In this document: one piece after another, positions 41,391 to 54,394 of the stretch
Layout: each line of letters starts with the position of its first letter
Position numbering within the stretch: the stretch's first letter is position 1
NCBI GenBank assembly: GCA_951406725.2
Contig: OX597817.1
Span: 78,182,001 to 78,246,000, forward strand
Direction of reading: 5' to 3'
Source: Octopus vulgaris
Taxonomy: Eukaryota
Length of the DNA stretch: 64,000 bases
Made by a program: the position numbers and the translations under genes
Notes under the pieces: model-generated
Database searches by the model: none
What the model saw: only the letters and a program-made list of their open reading frames with translations
Told to the model about the DNA's origin: nothing

Positions 41391-42008
41391 TTTTTAATAT
41401 ATATATATATATATATTTTATATATATTGTGTAGGCGAGTGAAGGGCTTGATGAATGAAAGATGTATTTATGTTTCGAAGATTCAGCTACTTGTACATTT
41501 ATTTAATAATTAAGTAGTTTAGTTGATCAAGCAACTAAATTGTTCATCATAAAAATCAGCAGAATGTTCATAATTTTACAGAAAGTGCATGAGGGGACAG
41601 TGTTTGGACACCACCAAATATTATATTGGAGAAATAGACCATAGTGTAGGAGGTTGGATCAAAATCAGCATCTAAATTCTACAGCTATGGAATAAATAGA
41701 GAAGATGAATTCATAAATAAATGTCAAAATAAATATAAGTTCCTATACTAAGACAGGTTACTGAGGTAGTGTACATACCAGATGCAGACATGAAACAAGC
41801 TAACACTCACAACAGAAAGAACTAAACAATCAACAACATCCCATGCACACTAGATATATGTAATCACCACAACTACTGTCACTACAATCCAAATAACAAT
41901 AATGTAAAACCAAGATGATGACAATAGTAATTTCACAATATCAGATTATGTATGTAATGCAAAAAGTGCAACATAATGTAATAATGCAGTATAACAAATT
42001 ATCTAACA

Positions 42009-42039
<31 letters not shown>

Positions 42040-42056
42040 CACACACACACACATCA

Positions 42057-42356
42057 AGGCGCATGGCTTAGTGGTTAGGGTGTTGTGCTCATGATATCGA
42101 GATTGTGAGTTTGATTCCCAGACAGGGCATTGCATTGTGTTCTTGAGCAAAGCACTTCATTTCACGTTGCTCTGTAATCATTTCGACATCTGACATATGG
42201 TACCCAGTTGCATCTGTACAGGTAATGTCGATTTGATGGAGGGAGCAAGCTTGTGTCTACACAAACATTTGATCACTATAAACAAATCATCTGTGTGGGA
42301 TTGTTCAGTAAGAAATAGTCAAATCCTCATACATTGTCTAATGACAGGAGAATCCA

Positions 42357-42360
<4 letters not shown>
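42057..42360 (+). mobile_element. SINE with family C head and a variant body
   Basis: ggcgcatggcttagtggttaggg...gagtttgattccc...cttgagcaaagcacttcatttcacgttgctc. Confidence 0.85.
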
Positions 42361-42400
<40 letters not shown>

Positions 42401-43366
42401 GTCATTATTATTATTATTTTTATTGTTATTATCATTATTATTATTATTATTATTATCATTTTTATTTTTATTGTTATTATCATCATCATTATTATTATCA
42501 TTATTATTATCATTATTATTACTATTATTATTACCGTCATCATCATCATCATTATTATTATATATATACACGTATATACATGTATGTATGTATATATGTT
42601 TATGTATAAATGTATGTATGTGTACATAATGTGGGTGCATAATGTGTGAGTGTTTGAACATATGTATGTTTTTAGCACAGGTATGTGTATGTGTGTGGTG
42701 TGTGTGTGGAAGTAACTGTAGGACCAAATAGAAGTATGTGTGGTTGAGTATATGAATGACTAAACTTATCAGTGCATAAGTACGGCATTACCAGACAGTT
42801 AGTAGCAACTGACCTCAGAAACAGATGGTAATAAAACTCAAACCCAACCCTCATTATATAGTGAGTTGATAGACTAGTAAAACAACTACAAATATATTGT
42901 TTGTTTGTTTATGCTTCACTTTTGTTTTTCCATGCTAGCATGGGTTAGGTGGATATATTATTGTAGGATTGTTTTAAAACTGGATGCTCTACCTGTCCCA
43001 GATCTTTACCAGTTTGCCAAGAGGAGTGACAATTGAAACACCGTACATTTTAGAAAGAGCACAAATGTAAACAAACTACATAGACATATAAAGTACTCAT
43101 CTGCACACACATTTACTCATGTACGTTCATACAAAGGGCTATACTTACACACACCTACGAATGTGACGTACCTATTTGTCTTACATTCCTTTTCTCTCCT
43201 CTCATTCTTTCGATATATACATATATATATATATTAATATATTTTATTCCTTTATTCTTTTACTTGTTTCACTCAATGGAGTGAGGCAATTCTTGCACAT
43301 AACCTGTGTCTGTGTATACATATGCATACATACATACATACATACATACATACATACATACATACA

Positions 43367-43400
<34 letters not shown>

Positions 43401-43432
43401 CAAACATACATATATGTATATGCATAAGTGTA

Positions 43433-43496
43433 TAGAGTCTGATGAGCCGCCTATAAGGCTAAGCACTTTATAGAGGGGAAACCATTGGTCACTCTA
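43433..43496 (+). ncRNA. Type I hammerhead ribozyme motif, intact core, GUC cleavage triplet
   Basis: uagagu CUGAUGA gccgccuauaagg-cuaagca-cuuuauagaggg GAAA cc-auu-gg UC acucua. Stem I is a perfect 6 bp; predicted cut after 43490; G:G mismatch at the base of stem II. Confidence 0.8.
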
Positions 43497-43691
43497 AGAG
43501 CAGCCATAATATAGATATATATATATAGGTGAAAAAAGATTAGAGATCTATACAAATCCAATTTTTATATATAAAAGATGGAGATAGAAATAGTACAGAA
43601 GTAAGTCTAAGACATTTCAGTTTAAGAGGGAATTTAATAAGTATATATATATTTCTATATCTCTATCTATCTATCTATCTATATATAAATA

Positions 43692-43723
<32 letters not shown>

Positions 43724-43771
43724 CATATATACACGTGTGCACGTACACACACACACATGCACACACATATA

Positions 43772-44609
43772 CAAAGGGTGATGGGTAAATTGTTGCCATT
43801 TTATATTCTTAATTTTTTGCATGTGCATTATTTGTTTTTGATTTTGTCAACTACACATTATAACAGGTTCAGTTGGGCACTGCCTGTGAGAAAAACAGCA
43901 CTATGATGCAATTTACTCTGCCTGAAATTTGGAAATGATATGCTGTACTGCTTGGCATTGACACCAGAAACTCCAATACAAGCATTCCAGAGAGTTTGGG
44001 TGTCAATCTAAGGACAGAGAAATCCGAGGACATGTACTAAGAGTGATAAAAATCAAGTATTCAGTCAATGTGATGGTGTTTGGAGTAATCACTCGTGATG
44101 GTGAGGTTATGCCAAGTGCCTGGAGGAGGTAGTATTGGCCTAGGTAAAGGGTGTGGATGCTGAAAACCCTATGTCTGGTAATAGAACTCTGTACCATGTC
44201 ACAAAAGCAGGAGAACTCAGTCATGGCTGTCAAACAATATCTGCAACCACATCACCCACTAACATCTGGCCACCTAACTTCCCAGACTGCAGACCCCTTG
44301 ATTATTATGTGTGGTGGGCAGTTGAGCGAGAGATCAACAAAACTCTTTCTTACACTAAAGATGAACCGAAGGCAAGGATTATAGCAGCATTCACCAACTT
44401 AAACAAGCAGACTATCCAAAAGAGTTGAAGGAGATTCCAAAGTCATCTGGTGGCTGTGGTTGAAGCCAACGGCGATTTTATTGAATAATTTTACTCTTTA
44501 GTATTTCAAAATATTTTAATGCCATTTTGGTAAATATATCTGCTAAATGAGATGTCAGTGTTATTTTCATTTTTGTGTAATTTAGATAACAGTTTATTCA
44601 CCACACCCA

Positions 44610-44610
<1 letters not shown>
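43772..44610 (+). mobile_element. Tc1/mariner DD37D (maT-like) deleted element
   Basis: NSVPCHKSRRTQSWLSNNICNHIT[frameshift]NIWPPNFPDCRPLDYYVW gives 37-residue spacing; imperfect TIRs; TA flanks. Confidence 0.9.
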
Positions 44611-44677
<67 letters not shown>

Positions 44678-44679
<2 letters not shown>

Positions 44680-44908
44680 CATCATCATCATCTTTGTCTT
44701 TTAACGTCCGCTTTCCATGCTAGCATGGGTTGGACGATTTGACTGAGGACTAGCAAACCAGATGGCTGCACTAGGCTCCAATCTTGATTTGGCAGAGTTT
44801 CTACAGCTGGATGCCCTTCCTAATGCCAACCACTCCAAGAGTGTAGTGGGTGCTTTTATGTGTCACTGGCACAAACACCAGCTAGATGTTCTGGCAACAA
44901 TCATGCTC
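44678..44908 (-). mobile_element. RTE-derived tail/SINE
   Basis: Reverse complement of 19893-20106, with (CAT)n at the left end. Confidence 0.9.
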
Positions 44909-44910
44909 GG

Positions 44911-45588
44911 ATATACATATATATAAATAGGTTTAAGAGACAGAATCACCTTCAAGCAGCTCAAATGACATTGAATAACATTATCTATGATAGAGATATA
45001 TAAGATTAAATTTTATCAAAATTAATATCTACAGTTACTATTCTATTAAATGGAATATATAGACAAATGTTAATAAGAATTATCTCCCCCTACACCGGAG
45101 CTTCGTTGGAAGCCATGATTGATTCGCGAAGAGGGAAATTTCAAAAAGATAAGTTAATATTTCTATTTCGTTTTCTTATTTAAAAAATTTTTATTATTAT
45201 TATTTTTTATTCCTCATTTTTGTTCTTTATTTAAGGATGAAAAATTATTTTGACGATTTCTAGTTGTATAGTTTTGATTGTCATGTCTTTATATATGATG
45301 TTAATAGCAAAATAGTTGTATATAATCTAGACCTGAAGATTGGCAGTATAGTCGGATTGATATGGTATTGAATTTCAAGACCATCTATTTCAGCAATACC
45401 GATAAATATATTGTTATGAAATGTGCGTTGTCTATATAATTTAATATATGATTCAGAAAAGTAATTGTAGATATTAATTTTGATAAATGTTAATCTTACA
45501 TATCTCTATCATAGATAATGTTGTTCAATGTTCTTTGAGTTGCTTGAAGGTGGTTCTGTTTCCTAAACCTATTTATATGTATGTATAT
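44911..45588 (+). mobile_element. Penelope-like cassette with about 155-bp inverted repeats and a hammerhead
   Basis: 44911-45066 is the diverged reverse complement of 45428-45588. Confidence 0.8.
45328..45434 (+). ncRNA. Type I hammerhead ribozyme motif with long stem II
   Basis: uagac CUGAAGA u-uggcaguaua..ucggauug...caauaccga..uauauuguua-u GAAA ugugcg UU gucua. Helix III looks like a CpG-decayed cgcgcg palindrome. Confidence 0.7.
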
Positions 45589-45900
45589 AATACAGCGAGA
45601 AATTCATTTTAGAACCACTAAATTGAATTTCTCTCCCCTGTGGACTCGGAAAGAACTTCTCTAATATTAATAATTATATATATATATAATTATTAATATG
45701 TATGTATGTATATGTATATATAATTAGATGTGTACGCATATATCTATCTATCTATATACAAATTAGTGTACATTTAAACACAACAAACACGACCCTTAAC
45801 AGGCAGCCTTACATGCTAGAAGGCGCAGTCAAAACAACCAAAACCACATTTAAGAGCAATTTCGAAGGGAATGAAATATAAAAACTTTTACCTTGCTTTT

Positions 45901-45977
45901 TACAGCCATACCTAGGTTTCAAACTCTAATTAGTAATTAAAGTATTTTGTTAGGCAGAGTTCTCCTCAGTGGCTACA
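45901..45977 (-). ncRNA. Type I hammerhead ribozyme motif, intact core
   Basis: Minus strand: uguagcca CUGAGGA gaacucu...agaguuu GAAA ccuagg UA uggcugua. Stem I is 8 bp, stem II base is 7 bp, and helix III is palindromic. Confidence 0.88.
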
Positions 45978-46154
45978 CCAAAACATCATCATATAATTCA
46001 GAGACAAAATAAAATGTGTCTCAACATTATATGTTATAATTTTTCAAATTCACTGCAAAAGTGTGGTTACAGTCAGTCCGGTTAAATGTGGACCGAGTAG
46101 ACCCGAATGAAATCGGGTTATAATACTAGTATATATATATATATATATAAACTT

Positions 46155-47357
46155 CATAAGATGCACCCACTGTGAGCTTTGGACATGTAAATGGTATAGT
46201 AGTATCAGAAGAATGTTAACAGGGAAACTAGCTTTTGTGTGTGGAAGATGCACAGGTACAATAAACGCTAAAAATGAGCAGAGAATAGATTCCATCAACT
46301 ATCGAGGTGGGGGGCAGGTAGAGGTAGTAGATAGTTTCTGTTATGTACATGAAAAAGTTAATAGCAGAGGTGGATGATCTGAGAGTGTTGCTGTGAGAAT
46401 AAAATTAAGCATGGTTTAGAGAGCTCCTGCCCCTGGTGGCAACAAAAAGCTTCTCTCTCAGAGTGAAAAGTGGATTGTTTGATGCCTGTGTGCAAACAGC
46501 TATGCTGCATGGTAGTAAAACAGGGGCTGTGACAGCTGAGGACATATGTAGGCTTAAAAGAAATGAAGCCAGTATGCTTTGCTTGATGTGCAATTTCAGT
46601 GTGCATGTATGACAGAGTGTAAGTATCCCGAGAGAAAAGTTGGGCATAATAGGATCAGATATAGTGTACAAGAGAGACAACTGTGCTGGTATGGTCATGT
46701 GATGCATATGGACGAGAACATCTGAGTAAAGAAGTGCTGATCTCTAACTGTGGAGGGAACCTGTTGTACAGGTAGACCCAGGGAGACATGGGACGAGTGG
46801 TGAAGCATGATCTTCAAACTTTGAGCCTCACTGAGGTGATGACTAGTGATCGAAACTTTTGGCAATGTGCTGTGCTTGAGAGGACCCATCAAGCCAAGTG
46901 CACCCATGCTGGTGGCACGTAAAGAACACCTTTATGAGCATTGGGCCTCATGGAGGCAAAGTGGCTGAGTTCCTTTTGAACATTGGTCTTCACAGAAGCA
47001 AAGTTGCTGAGTTCCTTTTGAATGTTGGACCTCACGGAGGCAATCACCAAGAGCTTTGGCATTATGTCATGCTTGAGAAGACCCATCAAGCTGAGCAGAA
47101 TTGCAGTCGTGGCTGATACTAGTGTCATGCAAATTGGTACATAAAAGCACCCCTGTGTCATGCAAATGGTACCCATATTGGTGGCATGTAAAAGCACCCA
47201 TTACACCCATGGTTAGTTTTAGGAAGGGCATCCAGTCATAGAAGACCATGGCAAATCAGAAACTGGAGTCTGGTGCAGCTTTCCAGCATGCCAAACCAGT
47301 CAAACCATCCAGCCCATGCCAGCATGGACAATGGACATTAAACAATAATGATGATGA
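46155..47357 (+). mobile_element. 5'-truncated RTE-type LINE (3' ORF part, 3' UTR and (GAT)n tail)
   Basis: FVCGRCTG...EVVDSFCY...SLRVKSGLFDACVQTAMLHGSKTGAVTAEDICRLKRNEASMLCLMC; tail shared with 19893-20106. Confidence 0.9.
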
Positions 47358-47390
47358 CATGTCTGTATATACATGTATACATATATACAT

Positions 47391-47545
47391 AGTAAGGTAT
47401 GTGAAACCCTATAATATAATTTCCAGGAGATACCGTCTCTGCTCTGAGAAATCCCTGTCTATTTTGTGGACTAACGAGAAGATAATTAATAGAATTTCTG
47501 AATGACTCTCAAGATACCTACATGCATATAAATGTACTTTTGCAT
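47391..47545 (+). pseudogene. Penelope-like GIY-YIG endonuclease C-terminal remnant
   Basis: VKPYNIISRRYRLCSEKSLSILWTNEKIINRISE*LSRYLHAYK resembles PY...CxLCxxEKxxI...LNxRxExxSxCxHxxK. Confidence 0.65.
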
Positions 47546-48412
47546 ATTGCAGTGAGAATGAATTTTGAGTAATCGTTAACTTAAGTTAATTTACTTTAAG
47601 GCATGGATGACTTAAGTTTACTTTTAACCTCCCCATTCTTATAAACACCAAGCTGATAAATAACTTGATTTGTGATCTTGAGTGCACCTAACCTCACATA
47701 TGCGTATGTTCACATTTTTGTGGATGCTTATATGAGTGAGTGTACTCATGCCATGCTGCTTGCTCGAGGGCATTTATACATCCATACCTGTTCATATTAA
47801 TTTTTTGATAATTTTCTCGTTAGATTGCATGTTCATTTCTCTTTTTGTCATTGGTGATTTTATTTTTGATCTTCTATATAAATGAAGATATTTCTACTGT
47901 CTGGCCACTTTTCTCTCTACAAAAGGGAAAGTTACGTTGTGGAACAGTCATTTTACTCACCCGATGAGATACATCTGCACTACCTGATGCTCCTGAACCA
48001 GTTGTTGAGTGCCCTACCCAAGAGGAATCGATGCTAGATGTGGTGAAACAATTGTCGTAATTAATAATAAATTCCCATATATTCCATCTTCTGTCTTAAA
48101 TTTGCTATATATATGCATGTATATATATATGTATATATATATATAATAGAAATATGTTACAAAGAGAAAATAGAAACTACACGTAGTAATGTAAGGGGAA
48201 AGTAAGAAAAATAAACGAAAAATCGCATTGGAAATCAAAAAAGTAAAGGCTTTTTATGAAAAGTAATGAAAGATATATACAATTAGATGAACTGAGGTAG
48301 GAATAAAAGTAATAAAAGTCATTATTGAGAATTGTTAAAGATATTCAAGCATACTGGTTTCGTAAGTTACTAATCATTGCTTTGAATACAACTATTCATT
48401 GCTTTGAATGCA

Positions 48413-49698
48413 GTGGGTCATCCCATAAATAATGCAGTTTTTTATACTTCTTTTAGTTTTTAAAATTAAGATGCAAAAAGTTCTTTTTTAATCTGAAATA
48501 TACTCGCCATGATTTTCTACAATACTCTTCCATCTATCTGGTAGGCTTGCGAGGCCCCTATATCAAAAATCACTTGTCTGTGATGAAAAATACTCCTCCG
48601 CTACTGTTCTGACCTCTTCTGCAGAATTCATATTTTTTCTGTCCAAATGATTTTGAAAACTGCAGAATAAATGATAATCAGATGGGGCAATGTCTGGTGA
48701 ATGTGGTGGGTGGGACAGTGTTTCCCATTCAAATTGCTCCAGCCTTTGGAATGCCATCCTCACTGTATGTGACTGAGCATTATTCTGATGGAAGAACACC
48801 TTTCATCTTGAAACCAAAGATGGTCGTTTTTCTTCTAGTGCTGACCTAGGCTACTGAAGCTACTTGCAGTAGATCTTATTCATTATCATTTGGTTTGGGA
48901 TTAAAAATTCAAAGTGGACTAAACCTTTCATATCCTGCCAAACAGATAACAAAACTTTACACGGGTGAAGACCTTTAGCCTGAGTTACCAGTGTTTCTCC
49001 TTTCTCTACCAACTGTCTTCAGCTCTTGATATTTCTATAGAGAACTCATTTCTTATCACAATTCACTATTCAGTCCAAAAAAGATTCATTTGTGAGACAT
49101 GACAGCAAAGAAGAGTATACATTCTCTCTCTGCTGTTTGTGATTAGACTTGGAAAGTTTGTGTGGAACCCATTGACCCAATTTGCTGACTTTTTCAATGG
49201 CATGCAGATGTTGATGAATGGTTGAATGACCAAATCCAATCTTCTCAGTTAGTTCCTCAACAGTTGCAATGGGATTTTGTTCCACTAGGTTTTCAGGATG
49301 TCCTCACTGAGCTCTACATATCTTCCAGGACATGGCTTGTCTTCTAGGCTGTAGTTTCTGGCTTGGAATTTCTAGAACCAACGTTGACACTGGCTTCCGC
49401 TTATTGTCTGATCCCTATATACTGCATAAATATTCCTTACACTTTATGTGGCATTGTTGCCTTTGTTGAACTCATAAAGCAAAATATGTCAAATATGCTC
49501 TTTTGTAACTTCCTATATAGCTTTGAAAAAATATCTGTTAAAATCGGACTACACTCTTCAAAACTTGCACTAAGAATGAGTACAAGGCAAAATTAATTCC
49601 TGCGGTTATAGCAAGCTGATGCAGGTCGTTTATCCCACCCCCTCCAAATTATAGTTTGTGCAATTAAAGAAAACTGCATTATTTATGGGATGACACAA
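48413..49698 (-). mobile_element. Full-length (about 1.29 kb) decayed mariner, DD34D
   Basis: TIRs tgggtcatcccataaataatgcagtttt / aaaactgcattatttatgggatgacaca; WVPHKL and HQNNAQSH...HPPHSPDIAPSDYHLF with 34-residue spacing. Confidence 0.95.
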
Positions 49699-49989
49699 TA
49701 TTCACACACACACACACACACACACAGACACACATACATATATCAATATCTGTGAATCTATGAATCTATATATGAAGAGAGATATAGACATGTGTATATA
49801 TTTGTATATATGTATTATAAATATGTGTATGTGTGTGTGTATGTATATGTACACACACACACACATGCATCCTACATATACATGTGTGTACATACGTGCA
49901 CGCACACAAACACACATATATACATATATATATATGAATCTATATATATGTATATGTATATATAACCACACACATGCACATACATGCGT

Positions 49990-50039
<50 letters not shown>

Positions 50040-50442
50040 ATAAGTATGAGCAGATGTAAAGAGAGAAAGAGAGAGAAATTGTGTCAGACAGTGAAGTGCA
50101 TTCATGAGAGAAAGAGGGAGAGCACCTACATAGAAATGAGCATGCAAGCAGATGGGATGACATAGGTAATTAAATAGACAGTCAAATAGATATACCTATG
50201 TACCTATGATATATATAATTAGGTGGGAGAGACAACAAGTAAGACAACAACAGATGGTAGACTAGGTAGGTTAAATACACAAGCAGACAGACAGAAAGGG
50301 AGATAAGGAGAGAGAGAGAGAGTGTGTGAGAGTGAGAAAGATTGACAGACAGATGGGCAGGTAGATGCAAAAAGAAACAAATAGATAGTGAGATAAATAG
50401 ATAGACAGACAGATATATCAATACATACACACACACATATAT

Positions 50443-50480
<38 letters not shown>

Positions 50481-50481
50481 G

Positions 50482-50571
<90 letters not shown>

Positions 50572-50649
50572 CAGAGTGTGTGTTTGAAGGAAAGAGGTGA
50601 GACATTAGGAGAATTATACTGAAAGATTGATATATATATTGATGTAATA

Positions 50650-50862
50650 ATCCTCTCTACTATAGGCATAAGGCCTGAAATTTGAGGGAGGGGGATAGTT
50701 GATTACATCGACCCCAGTGCGTAACTGGTACTTATCTAATCAACCCTAAAAGGATGAAAGGCAAAGTCGACCTCAGTGGCATTTGAGCTAAGATTGTGAA
50801 GACAAACAAACTACCGCTAAGCATTTCACCTGGTGTGCTAACGATTCTGCCTGCTCACCGCT
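50650..50862 (-). mobile_element. SINE family A
   Basis: gattacatcgaccccagtgcgtaactggtactt...aaaggatgaaaggcaaagtcgacctc. Confidence 0.92.
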
Positions 50863-50934
50863 ATATATCGATGTAATAATAAAAAAATGTTGAGCTAGTG
50901 ATGCATGTCGATGTTTGTATGCATATGTGTGTGG

Positions 50935-51180
50935 AGGCATGTGGCCTTTTGGTTAGGACGTTACACTCATAAACATAAGATTGTGGTTTCGATTCCTGGA
51001 CTGAAAGATGATTTGTGCAAAGTACTTCATTTCCTATTGTTCCAGGCAACTCAGATACCAAAAACGAAGAGACCTGTTGTGGACTGGCATCCTATCCAAT
51101 AGGGAATATATACACCACAGAATTTGGGAAACCAGCCTTATGAGCTTATGGCTTGGGAAGAACCTCTGATCCTCTTTTTA
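50935..51180 (+). mobile_element. SINE with family C-like head, diverged
   Basis: ggcatgtggcctttt-ggttagg...gtttcgattcctgg. Confidence 0.65.
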
Positions 51181-52563
51181 TGCGTATATGTAGGTTTATA
51201 TGTGCATGGATGCGTATGAATATATGTATATATGTATATGTGGGTATGTATATATGTATATATGCATGTACATATGTTTCTATTATCTATGCACATATGT
51301 GTGCAAGTGTATATGCATGTACGCATGTATATATGTGTATATATGAATGTGGGTAAGCATTGCATGGTTGTGTATAAACATGTATATGTGAGAGTATGTA
51401 TATATGTCCGCATGTATAATAATCATTTATGTATCATACTTACTGTACATACATCATTGACAGGCAAGCTATAGTGATTTCCATTCAGAGATAACACGTC
51501 ATGGATGTGCTTTGTTTGAAACACCATGTATATTGAAGATGAAAAATTGTCCCTATAGCTAATAGCAAGAACATCAGATGCATTTCATCCTTCCTAGGCT
51601 TTGTCAGCAAAGTGTACTTACGACTAAGCACATGCTTAGATGAGAATTGTCATCTTCGTTATAGGAAGCAGTAAATAAAAATTTCTTGAATAATGAAAAT
51701 TGCTGCTGGGCTGAATAAGTAATCCAGTGTCTGCAACTGAAGAAATATTAAATGAAAATAGTCGTCTACTTAATAATATATAAACCATTGACAGGGCAAG
51801 TTGCAGTTGTAGCTACTTGTAACAATAGTGAATGTATTATTTACTGCTTTTTATATCAGAAGCAAATCTTGTCATTAATATAGTGTAAATTCAGAAACTG
51901 GTAAATTTCATAATTTCCAGTGACTGTCATACTCAATGCATATGTAAATAGATATGTCTATGTAAACAATGCAATTAAAGATAGAAAAATAGATAACTGG
52001 GTGTATATGCATATTTCAGGAGTCATTGCTGTTTCTTCAGTACAACATCTGACCCATCAACAGTCCATAAACACATTCTTTAAACACCCACTGAGTTTAG
52101 TTTTGCAACACAGTTAGATGTATGTATGTATGTATGTATGTATGTATGTATGTATGTATGTATGTATGTATGTATGTATGTATGTATGTATGTATGTATG
52201 CATGTATACATGCATGCTTGCATGTATGTATCTGTGCATATATTTGTAAATAAACAATGGTTTTTGTTTATGAAAATATCCATATATTTTATCTCATAGT
52301 ATAAAAAAATTATTTGCTAACAATATTCATTTCATTAATGCCTACTGTCTACCCTGACTAGCAACAGAAGGTACTTACCAGGTATGTATATATTAATATG
52401 CATAGCTATTTGGTAAGAGGCTTGCTTTTCAACCACATGGTTCAAAGTTCAGTCCTACTTCATGGCACCTGGAGCAAGTGTCTTATATATATACATATGT
52501 ACAGGCATGTCTGTGTGGTAAGAAGCTTGGTTCCCAACTACATGGTTTATATATAGATATACA

Positions 52564-53481
52564 CTGGCTGACATATCCAGTAATTCCTGGGAAAGTGGGG
52601 CTTATCCCTTGGTTCCATTCTCATAATTGTTTCACTAATCCAGTAACAACAATACAAAGTATGTAGCCCTTAAAACTGTCTTTGTTTCATTTATTGAGAG
52701 TACCAAACTGTCTTACACAGGATCTTGTTTTTAGAAATTCCCAATAAGTTATGAATACCCAAACTGTGAAGTTAGTTATGTAATAACATGAAAATAATTA
52801 CCCGACAGTAAGAATTCAAATATAGTAACCCTGAAAAGGGTTTTAATACATTCCAAGAGTATATAAAACTTAGGAGGAAATACTAATAACGTATTTATAG
52901 TAAAATCATGAAGCATGTTATGTAATAACAGACTAACTAGATACGAGATAATAACAATTCAAAGTAAATAACTCAGAAAAATGCTTTTGAGTATTCACAG
53001 AGAATATTACATAGAGCAGCGTTAGTGTTGGTATATTCGTGAATAATTCACTAATTGAAATAAGTGGATCTATTGCCTACGAAAATACTATTTACTTGTT
53101 TAAGTGCTGTACTGGATAAATTGCGAAAATAACTCAAATAGTTCAAATACTAAGAAATAAGCATACTCAATTTGATTTATAGGAAATGATTTATGAACAT
53201 GAATGGGTTATTTCCCTTGACTATATATAAGGATCCCTTTCAGGAGTGAATGGGTTATTTTCCTTGGATGTTTAAAAATAATATATTAGTTATATGCAGT
53301 AGATATAAGAATCCCTTCCAGGGGCCTTATTATCAATTTTTTTCAAAAATCTAAATATGTCACTAGTTTTCCAGACATGAATTCTACTCATGGGTCAAGT
53401 TTCATCAAAATCGATAAAACGATGTAGGAGGAATTAGATAACGATGCCACAAACAAACACACCCACAGATTACCACATATG

Positions 53482-53501
<20 letters not shown>
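52564..53501 (-). mobile_element. Probable non-autonomous Helitron-like element
   Basis: Left end a|ctggctgac..tccagtaattcctggga (CTAG-like end plus hairpin). Right part tttcatcaaaatcg...acaaacaaacac...tatatataga follows the layout of 33467-33772. Contains short internal direct repeats. Confidence 0.5.
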
Positions 53502-53516
<15 letters not shown>

Positions 53517-53564
53517 GGAGAGAGAGAGAAAGAGGACAAAGTGTACGTACGCCGCTATATATAT

Positions 53565-53910
53565 ATATATATATAAAATACAAAATGGGACAAGAACGCA
53601 AAACATCCAGATAGACAATACATAAAACACGGATGGGTCATTCGAAGTCTTTAATCTTCAGTCATGAACCGGATCATCCTTGCAATTTCGGGTGATTAAT
53701 CTTGAGATTGCTCCAATCTGGCCAGCCCCAAGGAAACACTAAGCTAAGAGCATTAGATTCCTGGGAAATAAGCTTCGAATGTATACGAAACAAGGACGGA
53801 AAAACGGACGATGTTGCATGAATATAAATACAAAAATAATGCAAAAAAAAACAATTATAATAATAATAACAGGACATAACAACAGGCGTCTTTCGACTGG
53901 AGATGAATAT
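53565..53910 (-). mobile_element. Unclassified (TA)n-flanked repeat
   Basis: Shares sequence with 19750-19880; CpG-rich relative to its surroundings. Confidence 0.55.
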
Positions 53911-53994
53911 ATATTTATATATATATGTATATATATGTGTGTATTTATGTATGTATGCATGTATGTGTATATATATATATATATATATATCCAT

Positions 53995-54205
53995 GTGAGT
54001 GTCATTGTGTCTGTGTTTGTCCTCCCACCCCTGGTACTCATGCGTTTATGTCCCTGTAACTTAGTGGTTTGGCTACAGGACTGATAAAATAAGTACAAGG
54101 CTTTGAAAAAAAGAATTTAAGTCTTGGGGTTGATTTGTTCAAGGAGGTATTCCAACATGGCTGCAGTCAAATGACCGAAACATGTAAAAGAATAAAAGAA
54201 CAAAA
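53995..54205 (+). mobile_element. SINE family B, 3' half
   Basis: gtgtctgtgtttgtcc...catggctgcagtcaaatgaccgaaacatgtaaaagaataaaag. Confidence 0.85.
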
Positions 54206-54394
54206 GAACAGCAGCAGCAATAACAACAACAACAACTAAAACAACAGCAACATCGACAAAAACATCAATAACAACAAAAACAACAAGAACAACATCTATC
54301 ACAACAACAACAACGACAACAACATCAACTACAACAATAAAAACAACAGCAACATCAGCATAAGCAGTAACAGCTGCACACCAATGCATGAGCC

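Noticed and set aside
29758-42360. tRNA-like A/B boxes
   Set aside because: They are SINE heads followed by SINE bodies; no complete cloverleaf was found.
53640-53730. CUGAAGA and GAAA-uugcaa on the minus strand
   Set aside because: The boxes cannot be arranged with consistent stems or an NUH triplet.
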